Source: Terracidiphilus sp.
GTDB taxonomy: Bacteria; Acidobacteriota; Terriglobia; Terriglobales; Acidobacteriaceae
Length of the DNA: 64,000 bases
Reading direction: 5' to 3'
Assembly (NCBI GenBank): GCA_049522255.1
Contig: JBEKOA010000001.1
Coordinates: 4,216-68,215, forward strand
Positions 55,137 through 64,000 of this stretch are shown piece after piece. A model generated the notes under the pieces. That model searched no databases and was not told where the DNA came from. It saw nothing but the letters and a program-made list of their open reading frames with translations. The position numbers and the translations under genes are program-made. The stretch's first letter is position 1; each line of letters opens with the position of its first letter.

Positions 55137-57436
55137 TCGTGCAGCCCTCCGGGCGGCGCGTCAGAGTTGGAAAGCGCGGCCGCGCTTGCCTGCGGCAACG
55201 GCTCCGGCAATGGGTCCAGCAGGGGCAGCCGCAGCAGAAAGCGCGCCCCCTTGGGGCTGTTGGACTCGGCGCTCAGCGATCCGCCATGCTCCTGAACGAT
55301 CTTGGCTGCGATCGAGAGCCCCAGCCCCGTGCCGCGTTGTTTGGTCGAGTAGAAGGGCAGAAAGAGCCGTTCGCGAATCTCATCGGTAAGGCCGTGCCCG
55401 GTGTCTGAGACCTGGAGCTCGACCGACGCGTTGTCTTCGCTGAGCGAGCTCGAAATGCCGAGCACACGCAGTAAACTGCCCTGCATGGCCTCGGCCGCGT
55501 TGTCGATGAGATTGGCCAGGGCGCGGCGGATGGCTTCGGGGTCGGCCAGCACCGGAGGTAATCCAGGCTCGAGATCACGCTGAATTGTGATGCCGTCGAG
55601 CCGGCCGGCAAAGAGCGTCAGCGCCTCTTCGGCTACCTTATTCATGTCGCAGGCGCGGGGTTGCGGCGCGGGAAACTCAGCCAGCGCCGAGAACTGATCC
55701 ACCAGCGTGCGCAGTGTCGCCACGCAGCCCAGAATTACCTCGCTGCACTTGCGGATAACAGCAGGCGAGTCGGGCTGGCCGCGGTCCAGATGACGGGCAA
55801 TCCGCTCGGCGGAGAGCGCGATAGGCGTCAGCGGATTCTTGATTTCGTGGGCCACGCGCTGGGCCACCTCTTTCCACGCCAACTGCCGCTGCGCGCGCAG
55901 CAGCTCGGTCGTGTCCTCGACCACCAGCACAGTTCCCGGCCGGCCGTGAGTCAGCTCAAAGCGCGCGCTGGTAATCGCCAGGTGCATGGTGCGGCCCGCG
56001 GTGTGGAGCTCGATCTCAGTGAAGGCGGCGCCCATGCGGCGGCTGCGGCGAATGACGCCGGACAGATCTTCGGCGCACTCGGCAGGAAAGAGCGTCTCAA
56101 TCTTCTCCCCCCCCAGGCCAATATCCACGCGCCGGCCCATCAGCGCGGCAAAGGCGCGATTCGATTGCAGGATCGTGCCCGCGCCATCCAGCGTGACGAC
56201 GCCGGAGGGGATGGTCTCGACGATCGTTTCCAGCTCGCGGCGGCGCTCTTCAATGGCCAGGTTGGCTGCGGTCAATTGTGCTGAAGAACTCTCGGCCAAC
56301 TGCCGGCTGGTGTCAAGATCGGCCGCCATGTGGTTGAAGGCCCGCACCAGCTCGCCCATCTCTCCCGTGGCGGCAAGCGCCACGCGATGGTCGTACTTGC
56401 CGGCCGCGATCTCGGCCATCGCCACGCCCAACCCCTCCACCGGGCGGGTGATCTGGTTCGACAGAAACCGCGCCATCCACACGCTCAGAAAGAAGACAAA
56501 GACGGTAATCAGCAGCAAGAGAAGGAAAAACATGGTGCGAATGCGATTGCGCGCGCGGAAGAGCTCAGAGTAAGTGGCCGAGCCGGAGCGAATGCGCTTG
56601 GCAGTCTGGCTCAGTCCCTGGGGCATGGGAAGCGCCGTCACAACCACTTTGCCCGAAACGGTAGCCGATATGCCGAGCGCGTACTCCGCGCCCGCCACGC
56701 TGATCACCGGCTCGTCGCTGCGCCGCGCCGCGGAAAGCAGACTCGCCGAGAGCGGCCCATGCAGCAATACAGATTTTTCCTGCTCTCCTTCGTCCAGCCA
56801 AGGCAGCAGGCTGGCGGGGCTCGTCTCCGGCGGCGCCTGAAAGCTGGTGATGACGCGCCCGTCCTTGCCGTAGACGATGGCAAACCCGCCATCCAGCGTG
56901 GTGCGACGCGAACTCAACACATCCTGAAGCTCCGGCAGACTCTTCTCCGCCGCGCCAGAAGCCGCTACGGATTCTGCCTCTCCGCGCGCATTGCTGGTGA
57001 CGTACTGCGCCAGTTCCTGGACGACGCGGGTCGAGTCCTCGCGCAACTGAGAGGTATTCGGAGAAAACCATCGGTCCAGCGATCGGTTCATCAACTGATA
57101 GCTGAAGAGAAACATGAAGACCGCGGGCGTGAGCGCAATCAACACCGCGCCCAGCACCATTCGTGAGCGCAGCCGCGCGCCCAGGCCGCTGCTGCCCTGG
57201 CCGGCATAGATCTTGAGAATGTTTCTCAACAGCAGCATCAGCAACAACAGCAGCAGCAGGAAGACGAGCCCGGTCAGGCCGGTGAAGATCAGAGTCTCGC
57301 CCGCCGTCTCAGGGTTAAGAAAGTGAACATTCGAGGTATTGAACGCCTGAAGCGCCCCGAGCAAGGCGAAAAACAACAGCACTCCGCCGGCATAAAAGGC
57401 AACCAGCCGCCGCCGAGGATCGCCGCTGAAGAGCAT
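55133..57436 (-). CDS. ntrY: NtrY-like HAMP-PAS histidine kinase
   Basis: TM/periplasmic region, HAMP, PAS, AHEIKNPLTPI, NLIDNA, DTG.G, F.STK..GTGLGL. Confidence 0.88.
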   Translation of the reverse strand: MLFSGDPRRRLVAFYAGGVLLFFALLGALQAFNTSNVHFLNPETAGETLIFTGLTGLVFLLLLLLLMLLLRNILKIYAGQGSSGLGARLRSRMVLGAVLIALTPAVFMFLFSYQLMNRSLDRWFSPNTSQLREDSTRVVQELAQYVTSNARGEAESVAASGAAEKSLPELQDVLSSRRTTLDGGFAIVYGKDGRVITSFQAPPETSPASLLPWLDEGEQEKSVLLHGPLSASLLSAARRSDEPVISVAGAEYALGISATVSGKVVVTALPMPQGLSQTAKRIRSGSATYSELFRARNRIRTMFFLLLLLITVFVFFLSVWMARFLSNQITRPVEGLGVAMAEIAAGKYDHRVALAATGEMGELVRAFNHMAADLDTSRQLAESSSAQLTAANLAIEERRRELETIVETIPSGVVTLDGAGTILQSNRAFAALMGRRVDIGLGGEKIETLFPAECAEDLSGVIRRSRRMGAAFTEIELHTAGRTMHLAITSARFELTHGRPGTVLVVEDTTELLRAQRQLAWKEVAQRVAHEIKNPLTPIALSAERIARHLDRGQPDSPAVIRKCSEVILGCVATLRTLVDQFSALAEFPAPQPRACDMNKVAEEALTLFAGRLDGITIQRDLEPGLPPVLADPEAIRRALANLIDNAAEAMQGSLLRVLGISSSLSEDNASVELQVSDTGHGLTDEIRERLFLPFYSTKQRGTGLGLSIAAKIVQEHGGSLSAESNSPKGARFLLRLPLLDPLPEPLPQASAAALSNSDAPPGGLHE

Positions 57437-57509
57437 GGGGCGATTATAGAACTGCCGGTCGGCATGGGACAGGAATCAGATGGAAGCGTAGCGGGCTACG
57501 CGGCATGGC

Positions 57510-58280
57510 TTACCTCCAGACCAGGAACTTCAGCCATCCCTCCCACACGTCGGTCCACGCATGGACGACGATGTTTGCGCGAACATTCCCGCGCCATGCA
57601 GCCAGTGCGCCATACAGGATGCCGAGGACGCTGATGACGGCAACGTTCCTCCAGCCCTGGTAGCTGTGAAAGAGGCCAAAGATCACGCCCTGCGCCAGCA
57701 CTGCCACCACGATGCTCCCACTCAGCGCATGGAACTGGCGCTGCACGAAGCCGCGAAACACCATCTCCTCGCAAACGCCCGCGGTAACGCACATCGCGAT
57801 CCAAACGAGTACCTCATGCAGACTCTGCGGCAACAGGCTGTCGACCGTCTTCGCGCTGCCCGACCCCAGCAGTCGAGGGTCCAGCAGCCAATGAACGCCG
57901 TAGGCCGCGCCCTCCCACAACAGCCAGAACGGCAAAGCGATTCCAAGGTCAACCACGACGCTTTTCCACGAGGTCCATCGTCCGCCCGACAATGTTCTCA
58001 GGTTGCCATCGTGATGGTGCACGGCGGCCCAGCAGTAATAAAGCAGAGCCCAGTCCATGAAGATTGCCATCAGGTAAATTGGAATGGCCTTGTTGTGGCT
58101 GGCAAACTCGCCGGGCGCCGCTCCGCCGCCTCCGGCAGGTGCATGTTGAGCCAGGAAGCCGAATGCAACTACACCAACCCCAATCAGCAGAAAGCCAACC
58201 AGCCTGCCCCATGAAGCGATCTGCTCCGGCCTTTGACGTTGATTTGAATTCCCTGACGCAGCCATTTCATCTCCCTGCAT
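57510..58280 (-). CDS. CPBP (Abi/CAAX type II) intramembrane metalloprotease
   Basis: CEEMVFRG, FGLFHSYQG, H..TD. Confidence 0.85.
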   Translation of the reverse strand: MQGDEMAASGNSNQRQRPEQIASWGRLVGFLLIGVGVVAFGFLAQHAPAGGGGAAPGEFASHNKAIPIYLMAIFMDWALLYYCWAAVHHHDGNLRTLSGGRWTSWKSVVVDLGIALPFWLLWEGAAYGVHWLLDPRLLGSGSAKTVDSLLPQSLHEVLVWIAMCVTAGVCEEMVFRGFVQRQFHALSGSIVVAVLAQGVIFGLFHSYQGWRNVAVISVLGILYGALAAWRGNVRANIVVHAWTDVWEGWLKFLVWR

Positions 58281-58869
58281 GCTTTTTCTCTTTCTTTGTC
58301 TCTGAAAGACTTCGCTGCTTTTTCGCGATCTTGCGCAACTCGTCCAGCGTTTCTTCGCCCCAGCGCAGGTGCGACTTCACTTCCAACAGTCCGAAACGCA
58401 GCGCCATCATCCAGTAGGGGGAATCGGGGTACTCTTTGTTTTTGGCGAGTTGTTCCTCTATCTGCTTGAACCCGCGAAGAGCCCCGCTCTCGTTCTCCAC
58501 CATGCGCTCCACGTGTTGAATCGCAATCTCCGCAGAGGCCTGCGCAGAGAAGAAGAGCTTCAACAGCAGTTCGTTGCGGGGAATCTCCGGCTGCGGCTTG
58601 ACCGCCAGCCACGCCACCAGTCGCTCCCGGCCCTTCTTCGTGATGGAGTAGATGTGCCGGTCCGGCTTGCCCTTCTGACGCTCCTTCTCCGACTTCACAA
58701 ACCCTCCGGCCTCCAGCGCTTTCAGGTTGGGATAAATCTGCCCATAGCTCTCATTCCAGAAATGACCGACTGAGCCGCGGATGGTCTGCCCCAGGTCGTA
58801 GCCCGACATGGGCGCGACCGTCAACAGGCCGAGAAGAACTTCCATGCTGGAGCTTGATCGCTTTGCCAT
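58267..58869 (-). CDS. PadR-family regulator with Vir_act_alpha_C tail
   Basis: SGYDL, W..SYGQIYP.L..LE..G, Y.IT.KGRE, NELLLKLFF. Confidence 0.88.
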   Translation of the reverse strand: MAKRSSSSMEVLLGLLTVAPMSGYDLGQTIRGSVGHFWNESYGQIYPNLKALEAGGFVKSEKERQKGKPDRHIYSITKKGRERLVAWLAVKPQPEIPRNELLLKLFFSAQASAEIAIQHVERMVENESGALRGFKQIEEQLAKNKEYPDSPYWMMALRFGLLEVKSHLRWGEETLDELRKIAKKQRSLSETKKEKKHAGR

Positions 58870-58987
58870 ATGACTAATAGATATATTTCTGTCAGATATT
58901 AGTGTCAATGGAATTCTTTCCATAGTCTTTTTGCACCTGGTTGCGGGCGAGCGCCCCATTCTGCGATCATGGCCCCCGGAGGAAGCG

Positions 58988-59353
58988 ATGAAGAGATCCA
59001 TCTTGGTAATACTGCTCCTGGTGTCCGCGACGGCCTGGGCGGAGAAGGTCAAGCCGAATCCGGCGGACTACACCGTTGCCGTCCATGTCCGCTCCTCGCA
59101 CCTGTTGGATGATTGCAACAACGATAGAGTATTTTTCCAATGCCCTGGAATTCAGCACCTGATCGTAGTGATCGACGCAAAAACTTACGAGCTCGCAGGA
59201 GCGCCGGAGCATGCTGAAGTATTGCGGATCGGCGACTACAAAGCGAAGATTGTCCAGGATGGAAAGCCGCAAGACTACGAGTATCGCCGCATTTACGAGT
59301 TTCTGTTTCCAGATGGAACGACGAGGCGGTTCTGGGTTGTAGGCGAAGAGTAG
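58988..59353 (+). CDS. Small exported hypothetical protein
   Basis: MKRSILVILLLVSATAWA signal peptide; GGAGG RBS. Confidence 0.7.
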   Translation: MKRSILVILLLVSATAWAEKVKPNPADYTVAVHVRSSHLLDDCNNDRVFFQCPGIQHLIVVIDAKTYELAGAPEHAEVLRIGDYKAKIVQDGKPQDYEYRRIYEFLFPDGTTRRFWVVGEE

Positions 59354-59393
59354 TGGCCAACGGCTGGAAGCATTGAGGTCTCACAGCCAGGCT

Positions 59394-60509
59394 TCACGCA
59401 ATCAAGCCAGTCGCAGGCGTCCACGGCCGCAGTTGGCTCTCGGCCACGCCACGGCAGGTGAGCTTGCCCAGCCAGGTGTTCAACCCCTCTGACAGGCCAG
59501 CATCCTGTCGCAGGGCCTCGCGCACCCCAAGATTCGCCATGCGCAGAAGATACTGAAATGTCGCATTGGTCAGGGCGAGCGTGGACGTATTCGGCACCGC
59601 GCCGGGCATGTTGGTGACGCAGTAGTGCACCACGCCATCGACAACGTAACTCGGGTTGGAGTGCGAGGTGGGCCGCGCCGTCTCCACGCAGCCGCCCTGG
59701 TCGATGGCTACGTCCACAATGACCGCGCCCTTCTTCATCTGGGCTACCATGGCGCGGGTCACGAGCCGGGGCGCGGTCGCGCCGGGAATCAGCACCGCGC
59801 CAATGACCAGATCTGCCTCGCGGGTGGCATGGGCGAGGTTGTAGCTGTTCGAGGCAAGCGTCGAGAGCCGCCCGCCGAAGTGGTCGTCCAGCTCACGGAG
59901 GCGATTGAGGTTGACGTCGACGATGGTTGTCTTGGCGCCAAGCCCAACGGCGATCCTTGCCGCATTCGTGCCCACCACCCCGCCGCCGATGATGGTGACA
60001 TGCGCCGGAGGGACACCCGGCACGCCGCCCAGCAGAATGCCGCGTCCGCCGCGTTCTCTTTCAAGATATGCGGCTCCCACCTGCACGCTCATGCGGCCCG
60101 CGACTTCGCTCATGGGAGTCAGCAGCGGCAAGGTGCCCTGGCGGTCGCGGACAGTCTCGTAGGCAATGCCGATGACCTTCGATTCGAGCAGTGTGCCGGT
60201 CAGCATGGGCTGCGGCGCAAGGTGCAGGTAAGTGAACAGGACCAGGCCTTCGCGAAAGAACGCATACTCTTTCTCGATGGGCTCTTTGACTTTGACTATG
60301 ATTGCGGCCTTTCCCCAGACATAGCCTGCCTCGCCGACGATCTCCGCCCCGGCATTCTGGTACTCCTCGTCGGGAAAGCCGGATTGCGCGCCGGCCTGCG
60401 TCTCGACGAGCACCGAGTGGCCCGCCTCGGCCAGCGCCTTGACGCCCGCCGGGGTCACGCCGACCCGGGCTTCGCTGTCCTTGACCTCTCTTGGAACGCC
60501 TATAATCAT
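59394..60509 (-). CDS. ald: Alanine dehydrogenase
   Basis: [58 protein letters not shown]. Confidence 0.95.
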   Translation of the reverse strand: MIIGVPREVKDSEARVGVTPAGVKALAEAGHSVLVETQAGAQSGFPDEEYQNAGAEIVGEAGYVWGKAAIIVKVKEPIEKEYAFFREGLVLFTYLHLAPQPMLTGTLLESKVIGIAYETVRDRQGTLPLLTPMSEVAGRMSVQVGAAYLERERGGRGILLGGVPGVPPAHVTIIGGGVVGTNAARIAVGLGAKTTIVDVNLNRLRELDDHFGGRLSTLASNSYNLAHATREADLVIGAVLIPGATAPRLVTRAMVAQMKKGAVIVDVAIDQGGCVETARPTSHSNPSYVVDGVVHYCVTNMPGAVPNTSTLALTNATFQYLLRMANLGVREALRQDAGLSEGLNTWLGKLTCRGVAESQLRPWTPATGLIA

Positions 60510-60739
60510 TTGGCTTGCTCCTAACCTCCCTTAGCCCCGTTCAATTGGATGCGAGGGCCGGGAAAGGGCTTCGGGCATTGGCAGAAAGCCGGTATGTTCC
60601 GAGGATGTCGCCGGCCGCATCCACTCTTCGGCTCCGGCAGGTGACCTTGGATGAGCCTGGCGCAAGTTTAGGGTTTTCACGGACGGCAATTTGTGCTGCA
60701 ATTTGATTAACTCCAACGATCAGGAAGAGGGGGTGGCTG

Positions 60740-62056
60740 ATGGACGAGGATGCACGGTTTCCCAATCGAAAAAAGAGACAAGATTGGGACATATCGGCTC
60801 TCGACAAGCCTGTCGGGGCTGACCCGCTCGCTTCTGGCGGCGAGCAAGCCGAAGATGCCCCGCTGCCTGTCAATGTCTACCGTGTCGTTGAATCAGCCGG
60901 GAAGAGCCCAGAAGAGGAACGCAAGGAGCGTGAGGAGCTTTATTCCTTTCGAGAGTCCATTCCAGAAGCTCATCGAGCGAGCGTGGAGGCTCCGGTCTTT
61001 CTGCCCATCGCTGAAGCTCCCGCTTTCTATCAACCGCTTCATCAAGCCAAGGAGCCACCTCGTCACGGATTGAGGGAACGGATTCGGAAGTTCGCCGAGA
61101 GCCAGACGAGAGTCTATGCCGCGATCGGCCTGGGCCTGGGAATCCTGCTTGGCGTGATCGTCGCCAGCGTTACCTGGCTTACGGGCGCCCCGAATGGGCG
61201 GTACGACCTGGGGCCGGTCAGTTCCAGCGCGGCCGGCTTGAAGGGCCATCTATTCGTCGAATGGGACAAGAGTCTCAATTACCGGTTGACGGTCGAACCC
61301 GACGATCAAGAACGGCTTGCGGCCTTTGCGCTGGCAGTCGCCAATTCGCCGCACCCTCTATCGGTTGAGATCCATCTTCAGGATTCTCAGGGCTTTGTGT
61401 TGTGCTCCAAGGAAATCCTGCTGAAGTTTGATGCTGCAAACGCCGGAAATCTTGCCGTGCCAAGTCCGGATGCCCAGAGCGGGAAGACGGATGGGTCAAC
61501 GGCCACCAGCGACCAGCCGGCGCCAGGAGGCGATGCTGCGCAAGCGGAAGATCAGGAAGCTGCGCGTGAGAAGGGAAAAGACATCTTCAAGAATCAAGTC
61601 GGGCCAGACGGGCAGATCACTGGCCTCAGCGCGCAAGGCGGAATCCCGTGCCCGGCGAAATCCTATGAAAAAGCCGTTGCCTGGAGTTTCTCGTCTACGC
61701 TTCCAACCATTGCCGAACAGGATGAGATGCTGGATCACCACAAGGAGCAGGCCAACGGAGGGCGCTCAGCCGCTCAGACATCCGCCGCCCGCAATAAAGT
61801 GGTCGCAAAGCCCGTGCAGAAGCTCTTGACCTTTTCCAGCGAAGGTGACGATACCATTGTCGACTTCGATGGCTCTCGCGGAATCATCGAAACCGGCGCG
61901 GGAAAGGTCTTCTTCATCGACCAGGCAGGAGGGGCCGTCTCTGACCCCAGATGGCAGGACTACCCTGTCGAGGTTCACTACCGGTGCGACCGGAGCTCGG
62001 AATGCATCCTCATGCACTCCGGCGCGGGCGCCCTGCATGTGAGACTGCGTCGATAG
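60740..62056 (+). CDS. Single-TM hypothetical protein
   Basis: GAGGGGG RBS; charged N-terminus, one TM (AAIGLGLGILLGVIVASV), large C-terminal domain. Confidence 0.7.
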   Translation: MDEDARFPNRKKRQDWDISALDKPVGADPLASGGEQAEDAPLPVNVYRVVESAGKSPEEERKEREELYSFRESIPEAHRASVEAPVFLPIAEAPAFYQPLHQAKEPPRHGLRERIRKFAESQTRVYAAIGLGLGILLGVIVASVTWLTGAPNGRYDLGPVSSSAAGLKGHLFVEWDKSLNYRLTVEPDDQERLAAFALAVANSPHPLSVEIHLQDSQGFVLCSKEILLKFDAANAGNLAVPSPDAQSGKTDGSTATSDQPAPGGDAAQAEDQEAAREKGKDIFKNQVGPDGQITGLSAQGGIPCPAKSYEKAVAWSFSSTLPTIAEQDEMLDHHKEQANGGRSAAQTSAARNKVVAKPVQKLLTFSSEGDDTIVDFDGSRGIIETGAGKVFFIDQAGGAVSDPRWQDYPVEVHYRCDRSSECILMHSGAGALHVRLRR

Positions 62057-62263
62057 ATCAGGGCCTTCCATATCGAAAACAAGCAACCAGGTCGGCGCCG
62101 CGCTTTGGATGGGGACGATTGTCTTCTTGATTTTGGTTGAATGACAGCTATTTATAGCATTTTCGGAAATGTAGACCGAATCCATGACCTCAAGTTGGCG
62201 CGACCAGCAGGGAGCGACAACCCATGATGAAGTAATTAAGTTCACACAATTTCCGCAAATGCT

Positions 62264-62758
62264 CTAAACCCGATTCTCGTGAATGCCGGTGATGAGCAGC
62301 CACGCTGCTGAAATAAAGAAAGCGAAGGAAAGCACCATAGCTGCCGAGGCCACGTAGAGTCCGGCAACATATCCCGAAATAAGCAAGACAGAACCTATGA
62401 TCTGAGCTACGTAACAGGCTGTGCCCACGATGAAGCGGCCGATGCTGAGACCTACGGAGCTTCTGCCTATTTTTGTGGCCTGGACGTAGACTCGAATGTA
62501 AGTAATCGTCGGGACGAGTGTAACAACCAGCCATTCAACGCCGATCCATTGATAGTTTTGATTTCCAATAAGGGCGAATGCACAGATCATGAAGACGGCA
62601 GTGAAGCCCGTCAACGTTGCTACGGCGCGATTCTTATGGGTTGCATCCCGAGTGATGATCGAAAGATTCATCGACATGGCTATAAACACCAGGCCCGCGA
62701 GAGCCGCCGCTCCGCCTCCAACCATAAGGAAGAAATTGTTCCATTGGTCTATGTTCAT
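62264..62758 (-). CDS. Hypothetical 5-TM membrane protein
   Basis: W.NFF..VGG.AAAL.GL.F.A.S.N pattern. Confidence 0.65.
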   Translation of the reverse strand: MNIDQWNNFFLMVGGGAAALAGLVFIAMSMNLSIITRDATHKNRAVATLTGFTAVFMICAFALIGNQNYQWIGVEWLVVTLVPTITYIRVYVQATKIGRSSVGLSIGRFIVGTACYVAQIIGSVLLISGYVAGLYVASAAMVLSFAFFISAAWLLITGIHENRV

Positions 62759-62965
62759 TACAGCTTATGATACTCGAGAGAAAATAAATCGGCCAGGTTT
62801 TTCGTTCTGTGAGCCTTTTATTTCTATTGAATTTGGCATAACTACCGGCAACTGAGCAAGGCCGCACGGCGCACTCTGAGCCGCATGCGCCGCTGTTCCC
62901 ATTTGATCGCCTACTTCTGGAAGCAGGCTTCTGGATGGACAGAATAACTCTGAATTATGCGGGAT

Positions 62966-63895
62966 TCAATAAGTTGCGGGTTGCAGACTCTGAACGCATT
63001 CGATCCGGTTTCGGCCATTCTGTTTGGCTTTATAGAGCGCCTCATCGGCTTGGTGAAGCAGTTCGTCGCGCTGTTCCACCGAGACAGGAGAGGCGGTATT
63101 GACCCCGATGCTCAGCGTGACCACGATTTCATTGTCCCGTGCGATGATCGGATGGTCGGCCACCCCCAGACGTATGCGATCGGCTACTTCGCAGACCGTT
63201 TCCGGATCGCATCCTGGAACGAGGACGAGAAACTCTTCTCCGCCGTATCGTCCGAGGAAATCGTAGGGGCGCAATGAGGCCTGCATCCGCCGGGCGATGT
63301 CGCGCAGCGCAATGTCGCCGCAGACGTGGCCGAATTGATCGTTGATGATCTTGAAGTGATCGACGTCGGCGATGAGAATCCCGATCACCGATTTTTCCCG
63401 CGCCGCCTTGGCGCACTCGCGAGAGAACAGATCCAGGATGGCGGGCCGGTTCCAGATTTCGGTCAGAGAGTCATGCGTAGCCTGGTATTTTTGCGTCTCA
63501 TAGGCGATATGGAGTTTGTTTTGCAGGTCGATGATACGCTGTCCGGAACGCAAACGGGCCTGCAACTCCGGCGTGTTGACCGGCTTGGTCATGTAGTCGT
63601 CGGCGCCGGCGTCGAGGCCGCTCAGCAGATCCTGCTGATTTGTCCTTGCGGTCAGTAGAACGACGTAGGTATAGGGCCGGTCCTTGAGAGTGCGGATGTG
63701 CTTGCAGAGAACCGTCCCATCCATGCCCGGCATCATCCAGTCCAGCAGCACCAGCGGCGGGGCGTCGTCGGCCTGCAGGATTCTCCACGCCTCCTCGCCG
63801 TCCTCGGCGACCAGCGTTTCGTATCCCCAAGAGGAGATGCAGCGCGTCAGGTACAAGCGTTGCATAGGATCGTCATCGGCGATCAGCACGCGCAT
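62966..63895 (-). CDS. REC plus GGDEF diguanylate cyclase
   Basis: LIADDD, LDWMMP, GADDY; DVDHFK.INDQFGH..GD, RYGGEEF, ADEALYKAK..GRN. Confidence 0.92.
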   Translation of the reverse strand: MRVLIADDDPMQRLYLTRCISSWGYETLVAEDGEEAWRILQADDAPPLVLLDWMMPGMDGTVLCKHIRTLKDRPYTYVVLLTARTNQQDLLSGLDAGADDYMTKPVNTPELQARLRSGQRIIDLQNKLHIAYETQKYQATHDSLTEIWNRPAILDLFSRECAKAAREKSVIGILIADVDHFKIINDQFGHVCGDIALRDIARRMQASLRPYDFLGRYGGEEFLVLVPGCDPETVCEVADRIRLGVADHPIIARDNEIVVTLSIGVNTASPVSVEQRDELLHQADEALYKAKQNGRNRIECVQSLQPATY

Positions 63896-63998
63896 GGGTC
63901 TCCTTTCCCAATTCGGCGACAGCGGCGCTGAACTCGCATAGATGCTTCTCCATGAGAGCTAGAACTTCTTGAGCTTGCGCCAGGCCGTAATTGAGCGC
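63873..63998 (-). CDS. C-terminal end of an upstream CDS (helical, possibly HPt/kinase tail), partial
   Basis: Open frame ALNYGLAQAQEVLALMEKHLCEFSAAVAEL.. overlapping the DGC start. Confidence 0.3.
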   Translation of the reverse strand, partial: ALNYGLAQAQEVLALMEKHLCEFSAAVAELGKETHARADRR

Positions 63999-64000
63999 CA

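Noticed and set aside
58870-58910. PadR operator and promoter (TTGACA with a CTAATA..TATTAG repeat)
   Set aside because: Plausible, but the -10 and the symmetry are imperfect; not confident enough to call.
1-64000. CRISPR array, rRNA, IS/transposase or recognisable anti-phage defence system
   Set aside because: No regularly spaced repeats, rRNA-like sequence, DDE/HUH motifs or known defence domains were seen.

Overview
This window is bacterial DNA whose gene content and style suggest Acidobacteria (inference). It falls into four blocks. (1) 1-11.2 kb: redox and stress cargo (WrbA, aldehyde dehydrogenase, Nnr, Zn-ADH, CYTH-CHAD, a metal ABC pair without a binding protein, an ADH remnant, two small orphan genes). 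(2) 11.37-11.82 kb: an integration-scar cluster with two different tRNA 3' fragments (Ala-GGC, Val-CAC), arm-type repeats and an IHF consensus site. (3) 12.1-31.6 kb: a nitrogen-oxide module, the most unusual part. It holds NarK, a cytoplasmic nitrate reductase with a fused Fe-S/DmsC membrane anchor, a HemD-GAF-ANTAR regulator with candidate target RNA hairpins, NirA, a CysJ-like flavoprotein, a MOSC protein, a reductive-type octaheme HAO-like cytochrome with a 4-His membrane partner, a hemerythrin, RIC, MarR-ClC and a YccM/NapH-like protein. Three promoters in it share a 16-bp CRP/FNR-like operator. (4) 32.4-64 kb, visibly GC-richer: an ArsR-led Ehr (nickel-free hydrogenase-related) operon, an FAD/Fe-S oxidase, a DUF2946 uORF plus TonB receptor, an S53 peptidase, NtrYX, PadR-CPBP, Ald and a REC-GGDEF cyclase. 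All calls come from reading motifs by eye; no searches were run.
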